Shown: piece by piece, positions 23,846 to 32,131 of the stretch
Numbering within the stretch: the stretch's first letter is position 1
How the letters are laid out: each line of letters starts with the position of its first letter
Made by a program: the position numbers and the translations under genes
The notes under the pieces: generated by a model
Database searches by the model: none
Told to the model about the DNA's origin: nothing
Seen by the model: the letters and a program-made list of their open reading frames with translations, nothing else
NCBI GenBank assembly: GCA_016934135.1
Contig: JAFGTK010000197.1
Span: 1-32,662 of the forward strand
DNA from: Deltaproteobacteria bacterium
GTDB lineage: Bacteria > Desulfobacterota > Desulfomonilia > UBA1062
Direction: 5' to 3'
DNA length: 32,662 nt

Positions 23846-25919
23846 CTTTTGCTGCTTTTACTTCCTCTACGATCTTTTCCTGGATAGCATAGGGGACCGG
23901 ATCCAGATGAGAAAAACTCAAAGAGAAGGTTCCCCTGCCTGAGGTTATGGATGTCAGTACCGGGGCATAGGTGAGGACCTCTGCAAGAGGTACCTGCGCC
24001 TTGAGTTCCTGATATTTGCCCCTGGCGTTCATACCCTCTATCTTTGCCCTTCTGCTGTTGAGATCGCCCATGACATCGCCCATGCATTCTTCGGGAACAA
24101 CAACCGTGATCTCCATAATGGGCTCGAGCATGATCGGTTTGCACTCATCCAGTGCCTTTTTCATGGCGAGCGATCCTGCAATCTTGAATGCCATCTCGGA
24201 TGAATCCACTTCATGATAGGATCCGAAATAGAGGGTTACCCGGACATCAACCACCGGATTTCCGGACAACGGTCCGCTGGCCATTGCCTCTATGACCCCC
24301 TTCTCGACTGCAGGGATGTATGTTTTTGGGATAACCCCTCCCACAATACTGTTGACGAATTCAAATCCTTTTCCTCTTTCAAGGGGTTCCACCTCGATCC
24401 AGGCATCACCGAACTGCCCATGACCGCCGGTCTGTTTCTTATGTTTGCCCTGCACCTTGGCGGAAGTGGTGATGGTCTCTTTATAGGGGACTCTTGGCGT
24501 TTTTAGCTCCACCTCGACGCCGAACCGTCTCTTCAACCGGTCTACCGCGATCTCGATATGCAGCTGGCCCATTCCCGAGAGGATGAATTCGCCTGTCTGA
24601 TCATCTCTGAAAACCTTCAGAACAGGGTCTTCATCCATCAGCTTCTGGAATGCCGGGAGCAGCTTTTCCACATCGGCCTTTGATTTCGGCGTCACCGCCA
24701 TATTCATGATGGGTTCGGGGAAGGTCGGGCTAGACAAGGTGAAATCCAGAGATTCGCTCAGAAGGGTATCACCGGTCTTTGTCTCCTTGAGTTTGGCGAT
24801 AGCGAAGATATCCCCTGGACCGACCAGTTCAAGCGGTTTCTGTGCCTTTCCTTCCAGCAGGAAGATTGAGCCTATCCTCTCCTTTGCCTTTCTCGATGCA
24901 TTCACCATTGATGAGTCAGGGCTCAGTGTTCCGGAAAGACACCTTATGATACTCAGGGACCCTGTGTATGGATCACTCATGGTTTTGAATACATATCCGC
25001 AGAAGATCTCGTCTTCCTCAGGTCTGATTTCCTTTGTCTGGCCTGCTTTGTTCTTCAACACCGGCATCTTTCTTTGTTTTGGGTTGATGCAGGAAGAATT
25101 GATGAAATCCATAAGAGGATGAACCCCCATATTAAGCAGGGCTGACCCGGAGAACACAGGGAGGAACAGGCCCTTTGAAAGGCCTGTGGACAGGGCTGAT
25201 GCCAGTTCATCCTGGCTCAGTTCCTCACCCTCGAGGTATTTTTCCATCAGGGTATCGTCGACCTCGGCCAGGTCCTCGACAACAGAGCTGTAGACCTCTT
25301 CGAGTCTGTCCTGGATATCTGCAGGCACTTCGCCTATGGTGAATTTTCCGGAACCGTCCTTTTCATAAACATATGCCTTTTTATTGAGCACATCGACAAC
25401 GCCGGAAAAGGAATCTTCTGCCCCTATGGGAAGTGTCAGGATAAGCGGCTTGATCTCGAATATCTCTGCAATGTCTTCAAGTACCTGGTCGAAATCTGCC
25501 CGTTCACGGTCCATCTTGTTGATAAAGCATAACCGTGCCAATCCCTCGTCACTTGCCTTTCTCCATAAGTTCTCGGAAACGGGTTTCACCGAATCAATGG
25601 CATCGATAACGAAAAGGGCGTTATCACAAGATTTCAGACCCAGAAGGGCCTCTGATGCAAAATTCGAGTCGCCCGGAGTGTCTACAAAGGAAACACCGGT
25701 ATTCTTCCATTTATAATTATGCAGTGCAGAAAAAATAGATGACTGCCGTTTGAGTTCCTCAGGCTCAAAATCCAGTACGGAATTACCCTCAAGTACTTTC
25801 CCCAGCCTGGTGGTTGCCTTGGCATTGAAAAGCAGAGCCTCCGCCAATGATGTCTTTCCTGTTCCGGATTGAGATAGCAAGAGTATGTCCCTTAGATTGT
25901 CTGTTTGATATCTCCTCAT
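23835..25919 (-). CDS. Elongation factor G paralogue (EF-G2-like translational GTPase)
   Basis: G1 SGTGKTS, G3 DTPGD, G4 NKMD and five-domain EF-G length (694 aa). It is not in an rpsL-rpsG-fusA-tuf context. AGGGAGGA lies upstream of the ATG at 25919. Confidence 0.9.
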   Translation of the reverse strand: MRRYQTDNLRDILLLSQSGTGKTSLAEALLFNAKATTRLGKVLEGNSVLDFEPEELKRQSSIFSALHNYKWKNTGVSFVDTPGDSNFASEALLGLKSCDNALFVIDAIDSVKPVSENLWRKASDEGLARLCFINKMDRERADFDQVLEDIAEIFEIKPLILTLPIGAEDSFSGVVDVLNKKAYVYEKDGSGKFTIGEVPADIQDRLEEVYSSVVEDLAEVDDTLMEKYLEGEELSQDELASALSTGLSKGLFLPVFSGSALLNMGVHPLMDFINSSCINPKQRKMPVLKNKAGQTKEIRPEEDEIFCGYVFKTMSDPYTGSLSIIRCLSGTLSPDSSMVNASRKAKERIGSIFLLEGKAQKPLELVGPGDIFAIAKLKETKTGDTLLSESLDFTLSSPTFPEPIMNMAVTPKSKADVEKLLPAFQKLMDEDPVLKVFRDDQTGEFILSGMGQLHIEIAVDRLKRRFGVEVELKTPRVPYKETITTSAKVQGKHKKQTGGHGQFGDAWIEVEPLERGKGFEFVNSIVGGVIPKTYIPAVEKGVIEAMASGPLSGNPVVDVRVTLYFGSYHEVDSSEMAFKIAGSLAMKKALDECKPIMLEPIMEITVVVPEECMGDVMGDLNSRRAKIEGMNARGKYQELKAQVPLAEVLTYAPVLTSITSGRGTFSLSFSHLDPVPYAIQEKIVEEVKAAKDAK

Positions 25920-25958
25920 CTGTCCTCCCTTTCTAAACCTGTTTCTAGGAAATAGGGT

Positions 25959-25986
25959 ATTATCTGAAAATGGTGGAGCAAGTCAA
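25959..25986 (-). promoter_or_regulatory. Candidate sigma-70 promoter for the EF-G-paralogue operon
   Basis: The minus strand reads TTGACT-N16-GATAAT, about 40 nt upstream of the start codon. Confidence 0.45.
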
Positions 25987-26061
25987 GCAATTGCTGAGAC
26001 CCGAAAAGACAAGGAATTATCGTGATTGCCTGGCGCTTTCCCTTGGTATATGATCTCCGGT

Positions 26062-27000
26062 ATGTGGAAGGATGTAATCGGTCATACAAGCCAGAAAGAG
26101 CTTTTAAGGGGATCGATCAATGCCGGCAAGGTGCCCCATGCATTCCTGTTTGCCGGTCCTGAGGGGCTCGGAAAAACAAAAGTCGCCCTGGAATTCTTCA
26201 AGGCCCTTAACTGCCTGGAAACCCCCGGAGACGCGTGCGATACATGCAGGAGTTGTATGAAGGCGCAGGGTTTAACCCATCCAGATCTGATCATGCTGAG
26301 TGGGGATGGCGGCGTGATACAGGTCAAGGAGGTAAGGGATGTCATCAGTGATATCAGCCTGAAACCCTTTGAAGCACGCAAACGGGTCATAATCATCGAG
26401 CCTGCAGAACTGATGAACAAGGCGAGTTCAAATGCCATTTTAAAAACCCTGGAAGAACCCCCTTCAGGAACAGTGCTCATTCTCGTCAGCCATAAACCCG
26501 TTATGCTGCTGCCGACCATTACATCGCGGTGTCAGATCATCCGTTTTACCCCTTGCGATGCCTCAGTCTGTACAGCGGAATCGGTGAATCCGGTTATTTT
26601 CAGGCTTACCTCTGGATCTCTCGGCGGACTGGCAAATTTCGATGAAGGTGATATTGTACATATCAGGGATGAAATGGTTAATATTGTCCAGGGGGCCGAT
26701 CCTTTCGATCTTATTTCCAAATACTTTTCATCAACGAATCCGGGAAAGGACGCTGCTGAGATAATCCTGCTCGTTGCAGAGTCGATCCTGAGGGACATAC
26801 TCGTTCTCCAGCATGGCGGAGAAAGGGTTGTCAGTGAGGAGTTGAGAAGCATGCCGATGAATTACGTGAAATGGGAAACCATAGACGATCTTTCGTGCAG
26901 TATTCATAGCATCCGCAAGGGCATCAATGAAAACATAAATCTCAGGAATGCCATGAGCGAACTGCTGATTCTTTTTGGTGATATTGTCTCTGCCCGATAA
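26062..27000 (+). CDS. holB: DNA polymerase III delta-prime subunit
   Basis: GKVPHAFLFAGPEGLGKT, the zinc module CLETPGDACDTCRSC, LKTLEEPP and SRCQ (sensor) motifs. I chose the ATG at 26062. The ORF is open from the TTG at 26026. Confidence 0.85.
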   Translation: MWKDVIGHTSQKELLRGSINAGKVPHAFLFAGPEGLGKTKVALEFFKALNCLETPGDACDTCRSCMKAQGLTHPDLIMLSGDGGVIQVKEVRDVISDISLKPFEARKRVIIIEPAELMNKASSNAILKTLEEPPSGTVLILVSHKPVMLLPTITSRCQIIRFTPCDASVCTAESVNPVIFRLTSGSLGGLANFDEGDIVHIRDEMVNIVQGADPFDLISKYFSSTNPGKDAAEIILLVAESILRDILVLQHGGERVVSEELRSMPMNYVKWETIDDLSCSIHSIRKGINENINLRNAMSELLILFGDIVSAR

Positions 27001-27037
27001 TGATGACTTTTTTCTGACCGACTGCTTGAAGCATTGT

Positions 27038-27736
27038 TCAAAAAGGTCTTTTGAATTGGGCCTTTTTCGGACGTTTCCTGAGAAGGACATACAGGGCACC
27101 GGTTCCGCCGTCACAGGGCCTGGCCGAGCAGAATGCAAGAACCAGGTGGGAGAGTGTCCCTGTGGTAAGGCATTTTACGACAAATTCTTTGAGTACCGGG
27201 CGATCATTTGACTTGAGTCCGCGGCCGTGTATTACAAGCAGGGCCTTGTTGCCCATTGCATGGGCGTTTGCAAGGAAGGAACTCAGGGCTGAACGCGCCT
27301 CTTCCTTTGTGCAGCCATGAAGGTCGAGATATGCCTGTGTGCTGAATTCGCCGGCCTTGAGCTTCTTGAGTATACCGGGATCAAGAGGTACGACATGCCC
27401 TTCCATATATTCGCCGGTACATGTGATGTCAAAACGTGATCTTCCGCTGGTAAGTGTGTTCAGGGCATCCATGACCTCCCTGTCCTGCCTTCTGATGTTT
27501 TCCTGGATGTTTTCTATCACTTCTTTAGCGTCAACAGGATCAGGGATTACATAATCGCTTTTAATTGGGCTAACACCTTTCATGGCATATTTGAACAATT
27601 CCTTGTCGTTGCACTCAGCGGGCTTATCCGTATGGATCTCGGCACCGGATGGTTGCCGTGCCTTTTTCGGCTTCTTTATTTCAAGGCCCTTGAGTTTCTT
27701 AAAGGGTCTGTAGAGGGGTTCATCGTTTTTTGCCAT
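27038..27736 (-). CDS. Smr-domain protein (SmrA/SmrB-like nuclease family)
   Basis: C-terminal Smr domain with YLDLHGCTKEEA and LLVIHGRGLKS, and a Lys-rich N-terminal region. No recognisable Shine-Dalgarno lies before the ATG at 27736. Confidence 0.85.
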   Translation of the reverse strand: MAKNDEPLYRPFKKLKGLEIKKPKKARQPSGAEIHTDKPAECNDKELFKYAMKGVSPIKSDYVIPDPVDAKEVIENIQENIRRQDREVMDALNTLTSGRSRFDITCTGEYMEGHVVPLDPGILKKLKAGEFSTQAYLDLHGCTKEEARSALSSFLANAHAMGNKALLVIHGRGLKSNDRPVLKEFVVKCLTTGTLSHLVLAFCSARPCDGGTGALYVLLRKRPKKAQFKRPF

Positions 27737-27750
27737 AACAATATCTTATC

Positions 27751-27790
27751 AAAAAAAAGAGGCCCACTCAATAAGAGGTGGTAGTGGGCC
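27751..27790 (-). terminator. Intrinsic-terminator-like hairpin plus U8, located 15 nt upstream of the smr start codon
   Basis: The minus strand reads GGCCCACU-(14-nt loop)-AGUGGGCC-UC-UUUUUUUU. The hairpin is directional: the plus strand has no T tract after it. Confidence 0.55.
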
Positions 27791-27839
27791 CAAAAAGGAG
27801 GTCTATAGCCCTTAAAGGTATGCTATAGGCTGGGCACCT

Positions 27840-27867
27840 TATATAGGCTCCATATTTAATATGTCAA
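27840..27867 (-). promoter_or_regulatory. Candidate sigma-70 promoter driving the short leader or sRNA upstream of smr
   Basis: The minus strand reads TTGACA (27867-27862)-N16-TATATA (27845-27840). The predicted start is near 27833, about 80 nt before the U8 tract. Confidence 0.4.
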
Positions 27868-27920
27868 ATATATTTATCTTATGATATAGTTAAACAAAAG
27901 TAAATTGATGTGGAGATATG

Positions 27921-28829
27921 ATGAACATACATCAGGTACACATTTTTAATATTGCAGCAAAAACCCTGAGCATTACCAAGACAGCAAAAAAAATGCATCT
28001 TTCGCAGCCATCGGTGAGTATTCAGATAAAAGATCTTGAGGATTCCCTGAATGTCAGACTCTTTGAACGCATTAACAGGAAGATCACGCTTACCGATGCA
28101 GGCAAGGTTTTCTTTTCATACTCAGAGAAATTATTGAACCTTATAGATGAAATTAATGCCGTTATGAACGAGTTCAGTTCGGGAGATGTGGGAAAACTGG
28201 TGATCGGAACATCAAGCACGATAGGGATCTATGTGCTGCCCAAGTATCTGGGATATTTCAAGGAAGTGTTTCCCAAGGCCGAAATCTCCCTGATCATTCT
28301 CAACAGACAGGAGGCACTGGAGCAATGTATCTCGGGTGAGCTTGATTTTGCGTTTCTTCAGGATCCTCCGAAACATCCTGATCTGCAGGCCGAATTTTTC
28401 ATGAAGGATGAACTGGTGATCGTATGCTCCCCCAAGCACAGGTGGGCAGAAAAGGAGCACCTTACCATCAAGATGCTGACCACCGAGCCGGAACAGATCA
28501 TCCTGCGCGAGGAAGGATCAGGTACAAGAGGGCTTATCGAATATGTCCTGAAAAGATTCGGGATCGAGCGCAACGTTACCATGGAATTGAGTTCTTCCGA
28601 GGGGATCAAGCGGGCCGTGGAGGCGAATCTTGGCGTGGCGGTCCTGTCGAAAAACGTCATCAAGACGGAACTGATGAATAAAACCCTTGTGGCGCTCGAT
28701 ATCAAGGACCTTAATACAAAGAGGGAATTCTACATCGTCCATAATAAGAAGCGCAAGTTCATGCCGATGATGGAGAAGTTTTACGAATATATCCTGGAGA
28801 AACGTTCGGAGTTAGATACCATCGGATAA
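27921..28829 (+). CDS. LysR-family transcriptional regulator
   Basis: N-terminal wHTH (LSITKTAKKMHLSQPSVSIQIKDLEDSLNVRLFER) plus a periplasmic-binding-protein-like effector domain. GGAG lies 5 nt upstream of the ATG at 27921, which is the second of two tandem ATGs. Confidence 0.9.
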   Translation: MNIHQVHIFNIAAKTLSITKTAKKMHLSQPSVSIQIKDLEDSLNVRLFERINRKITLTDAGKVFFSYSEKLLNLIDEINAVMNEFSSGDVGKLVIGTSSTIGIYVLPKYLGYFKEVFPKAEISLIILNRQEALEQCISGELDFAFLQDPPKHPDLQAEFFMKDELVIVCSPKHRWAEKEHLTIKMLTTEPEQIILREEGSGTRGLIEYVLKRFGIERNVTMELSSSEGIKRAVEANLGVAVLSKNVIKTELMNKTLVALDIKDLNTKREFYIVHNKKRKFMPMMEKFYEYILEKRSELDTIG

Positions 28830-28847
28830 GGACGCACCGGCTGACTA

Positions 28848-29891
28848 TCATCCCTGCCTGTCGGTTCCTTTCATGTGCAGCGTTCTAATGGGGAACGGTA
28901 TCTCGATTTTCTCCATGGCGTATCTCTTGTGGAGTCTCTTTATGAATTCATGCTGTACAAGATACAGGTTTATCACCTCTCCTGCACGCATGATTACCGT
29001 GAAATCGATACTGAAATCATTGAAGGTATGGAACCTGATCAGCGGTTCGAATGAAGTTATATGGGCAATATCCCTCATTGTTTCCACTGCTACCTCTTTT
29101 GTGACCTCTTCAACCTTGTCGAGGTCGCTGTCATAACTTACCCCTACTGAAACCCGTACAGCGATCTCTTTGTGTGGAAGATAGTAGTTTGTGATGACCG
29201 CATCTGCCAGTTTTGAATTCGGAATGAGTACCGTGTTGTTCGAGAATGTGCGTATGCTGGTATTCCTCCAAGTAATGTCAGTGACATAGCCTTCATCCCC
29301 GGTATCGAGTTTGACAAAGTCTCCGGGGTTGATCTGTTTGGTTGCTATTATCAAAATGCCTGAGAACAGGTTTGCCAGTGTCCCCTGCAGTGCAAGCGCA
29401 ACAGCCAGTCCCCCTACACCGAGGGTTGTAAGGACAGGGGTTATGGAGATATTGAGCGTCTGAAGGATCATCAGTGCTCCGACGATAATAATGATCCATC
29501 TGGAAAAACTCACAAGAAGGGATGTGGAGTGAGGTTCTTCCTGGATTCCTCCCAGATAGACCCTTATCAACTCGGAGCATATTCTTGAAATGGCCCAGGT
29601 CACGGTTGCAATCACAAGGACATGGAGGATTTTGTCCAGTGATATTTTGACGGCAGAGGGAAGATCCAGAAAATGATTGGTGGTTAAAAGGCCGAGCAGT
29701 ACGGCCCATTGGATTATTATCTTTGACAGTGCCTCAATAACAATATCATCCCATTTCCATGATGTTTTTTTTGCAAATTTGTGAAGAGACCATTCGAACC
29801 ATCTTCGAACTATTATTCCTCCGATCCAGGATGCAGTTATTGCAGCAGTAAAGATGATAAGATTCTGTATTAATTGACTATCTATTCGCAT
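28848..29891 (-). CDS. Small-conductance mechanosensitive channel (MscS family)
   Basis: Multiple N-terminal transmembrane helices, the pore-lining helix LANLFSGILII, and the beta domain GDFVKL...GYVTDITWRNTSIRTFSNNTVLIPNSKL. GAGGAG lies 5 nt upstream. Confidence 0.9.
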   Translation of the reverse strand: MRIDSQLIQNLIIFTAAITASWIGGIIVRRWFEWSLHKFAKKTSWKWDDIVIEALSKIIIQWAVLLGLLTTNHFLDLPSAVKISLDKILHVLVIATVTWAISRICSELIRVYLGGIQEEPHSTSLLVSFSRWIIIIVGALMILQTLNISITPVLTTLGVGGLAVALALQGTLANLFSGILIIATKQINPGDFVKLDTGDEGYVTDITWRNTSIRTFSNNTVLIPNSKLADAVITNYYLPHKEIAVRVSVGVSYDSDLDKVEEVTKEVAVETMRDIAHITSFEPLIRFHTFNDFSIDFTVIMRAGEVINLYLVQHEFIKRLHKRYAMEKIEIPFPIRTLHMKGTDRQG

Positions 29892-30028
29892 GCTGTCTCC
29901 TCGAAGACTGATTTACCATACAAAACAGGTCCGGGCAAAGCCTTTTTCCCATTGATATTATGGTATGACAATATGTATATTATCATAAAAATCAACACGT
30001 TGGGACCTGCAAGAAAAAACCATCTTTT

Positions 30029-30060
30029 CTTGACAGTTCTTTGTCAAGGATGTTATGAAT
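30029..30060 (+). promoter_or_regulatory. Candidate por promoter with an overlapping perfect palindrome
   Basis: TTGACA (30030-30035), an 18-nt spacer, then an extended -10 TGtTATGAA (30051-30059). The -35 element is one arm of CTTGACA-GTTCTT-TGTCAAG (30029-30048). Confidence 0.4.
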
Positions 30061-30089
30061 CACCATTCAGATTTTTGCGAGGAGCATAT

Positions 30090-30641
30090 ATGTTGGAAAT
30101 CAGATTGCATGGTAGAGGCGGACAGGGAGCGGTCACCTCGGCAGAGCTTGTAGCGATAGCAGCTATCAACAAGGGCAATTTTGCGCAGGCTTTTCCCAGC
30201 TTTGGACCTGAAAGGCGAGGGGCCCCGGTTGTTGCTTTCTGCAGGGTTGATGACAAAAAGATCAATATCAGGGCAAAGGTGTATAAGCCCGATGTTGTGA
30301 TTGTCCTGGATCCGGGGCTTCTGACACTTCTCGACCCGACCGAGGGCATGAGTGAAAAAGGGATTCTGATATTGAACACGAAAAAGAAGCCGCAGGACAT
30401 CCCTGCTTTGTCCGGGAAGTCGCTGAGAGTGGCGACCGTGGATGCGAACACAATAGCGACCCAGGAGCTCGGAAGGCCGATTGTGAACACGACCATGCTG
30501 GGTGCCTTTATCAGGGCCACTGGCCTGATTGATATCGAGGATATCAGGGAGCCTCTTATCGAGCGGTTCGGAACCAAGCTAGGATCAAGGAACATGCTGG
30601 CCCTTGAGCGGGCGTATAAAGAGGTTTCCATAAAGGAGTAG
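30090..30641 (+). CDS. porC: Pyruvate/2-oxoacid:ferredoxin oxidoreductase gamma subunit
   Basis: MLEIRLHGRGGQGAVTSAELVA N-terminus. GAGGAG lies 6 nt upstream of the ATG at 30090. The 72-codon in-frame upstream extension in the track spans the promoter and is not coding. Confidence 0.9.
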   Translation: MLEIRLHGRGGQGAVTSAELVAIAAINKGNFAQAFPSFGPERRGAPVVAFCRVDDKKINIRAKVYKPDVVIVLDPGLLTLLDPTEGMSEKGILILNTKKKPQDIPALSGKSLRVATVDANTIATQELGRPIVNTTMLGAFIRATGLIDIEDIREPLIERFGTKLGSRNMLALERAYKEVSIKE

Positions 30642-30645
30642 AGCC

Positions 30646-30939
30646 ATGGCAAAACCTATGGAGCAGATAAAGTGGCAGGAGTTGGAAGTTGGGTCCGTAG
30701 TTATCGAGGTCGGCAATGCAAAGGTATATGAGACAGGGACCTGGCGGTCGGAGAAGCCTGTTGTCAACAAGGAGCAGTGCATCAAGTGCGGGGTATGCTG
30801 GCTGTTCTGCCCGGATGGGTGCATTGTAAGGGCGCCTGAGGGACATTTTGAGGCGGATCTGACCTACTGTAAGGGATGCGCCATATGCGCGAAGGAATGC
30901 CCGGTCGGGTGTATCACCATGATCAGTGAGGAGGAATGA
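30646..30939 (+). CDS. porD: Pyruvate/2-oxoacid:ferredoxin oxidoreductase delta subunit (2x[4Fe-4S])
   Basis: Two ferredoxin motifs, CIKCGVCWLFCP and CKGCAICAKECP. AAGGAG lies upstream. Confidence 0.9.
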   Translation: MAKPMEQIKWQELEVGSVVIEVGNAKVYETGTWRSEKPVVNKEQCIKCGVCWLFCPDGCIVRAPEGHFEADLTYCKGCAICAKECPVGCITMISEEE

Positions 30940-30942
30940 CAG

Positions 30943-32121
30943 ATGGCTAAGGTAAGAAAGGGTATAGAGGTCTCCATAGCCATGGCCGACGCTGTTGCGC
31001 AGGCCAATGTGGATGTGATAGGGGCCTATCCCATTACGCCGCAGACCCATATCGTGGAGCATCTCTCCGAGATCGTGGCAAATGGAGAACTCGATGCGGA
31101 ATTTGTTCCGGTTGACTCTGAGCATTCGGCAATGAGCGTATGCTGCGGATCTGCTGCAGTTGGAGCGAGAACATTCACCTCGACAAGTTCCCAGGGGCTC
31201 GCGCTGATGGCAGAGATCTTTTACATTGCAGCGGCCATGAGGCTTCCTATCGTGATGGCGCTGGCAAACAGATCGCTGTCCAGTCCGCTCTCCATCTGGA
31301 ACGACCACACCGATACCATGATGGTGCGCGATGCCGGATGGATACACATATTCGTGGAAAACGGGCAGGAATCATACGATAATATTTTCACCGCATTCAG
31401 GATCGCGGAAGACGCCGGGGTCATGCTCCCGGTCGCAGTCAACTTTGACGGCTTTATCCTTACCCATATGATTGAGCCCATTGAATACGAAGACAATGAT
31501 ACTATTGCAAAGTATCTTCCCGCCTTCAAAATGAAGAACACCCTGCATCCGGACAACCCGGTATCCATGGGCTGTTTCGGGATGCCCGAGATTTACACAG
31601 AGGCCCAGATGCAGAGGGAAGACGCTATCCGCAAGGCATATCCCACGATAATCAAGGCATGGAAGGAATGGGGAGACCTGACAGGAAGATACTACCATCC
31701 TGTCGAGACTTACCGGAGCGAGGATGCGGATTACTGTATCGTTACCATGGGGTCTTACGGCGAGACCGCCATGGAGGTGGTCGATTCACTAAGGGAAGAG
31801 GGGGAGAAGGTCGGTGTTGTAAAGATCAGGCTGTGGAGGCCGTTTCCCATGGAAGAGTTCCGCAAGGCTGTTCTAGGTAAGAAGACTCTCATTGTTCTGG
31901 ACCGTGCTATAAGCTTCGGCGGTCCGGGAGGTCCTGTAGCCTCTGAGCTGAGATCTGCCCTTTATAATAAAGAAGGTGCACCTGTGATCGTTAACTATGT
32001 GGCAGGACTGGCCGGCAGGGATGTATCCCGCAATGATTTCAGAAATATTATCTTGGAAGGCAAGGCCAGGGCGGGTAAGGGTGATACCGAAGGGTTTACC
32101 CTGTATGGTCTGAGAGGATAA
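30943..32121 (+). CDS. porA: Pyruvate/2-oxoacid:ferredoxin oxidoreductase alpha subunit
   Basis: GAYPITPQT motif, 392 aa, positioned between the delta and beta subunits. Confidence 0.92.
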   Translation: MAKVRKGIEVSIAMADAVAQANVDVIGAYPITPQTHIVEHLSEIVANGELDAEFVPVDSEHSAMSVCCGSAAVGARTFTSTSSQGLALMAEIFYIAAAMRLPIVMALANRSLSSPLSIWNDHTDTMMVRDAGWIHIFVENGQESYDNIFTAFRIAEDAGVMLPVAVNFDGFILTHMIEPIEYEDNDTIAKYLPAFKMKNTLHPDNPVSMGCFGMPEIYTEAQMQREDAIRKAYPTIIKAWKEWGDLTGRYYHPVETYRSEDADYCIVTMGSYGETAMEVVDSLREEGEKVGVVKIRLWRPFPMEEFRKAVLGKKTLIVLDRAISFGGPGGPVASELRSALYNKEGAPVIVNYVAGLAGRDVSRNDFRNIILEGKARAGKGDTEGFTLYGLRG

Positions 32122-32131
32122 GGAGTGAGCT

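Noticed and set aside
23835-25919. Calling the EF-G-like gene the housekeeping fusA.
   Set aside because: It has no rpsL/rpsG/tuf neighbourhood and its P-loop context is atypical (SQSGTGKTS versus AHIDAGKTT). It is more consistent with a paralogue, and the primary fusA is presumably elsewhere.
25986-25995. The 10-bp palindrome AGCAATTGCT next to the -35 element of the EF-G-paralogue promoter.
   Set aside because: It is short enough to occur by chance, and I saw no second copy or supporting feature.
27986-27993. A8 homopolymer in the LysR gene, and a T8/A8 tract in the mscS gene (29765-29772), considered as possible phase-variation switches.
   Set aside because: The tracts are short and encode Lys-Lys in AT-richer genes. 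There is no evidence of frameshifting here, and both reading frames are intact.
29874-30089. A 72-codon in-frame extension upstream of porC.
   Set aside because: It spans an AT-rich intergenic region holding the predicted promoter and palindrome. Homology to the POR gamma subunit and a strong GAGGAG Shine-Dalgarno begin at the ATG at 30090.
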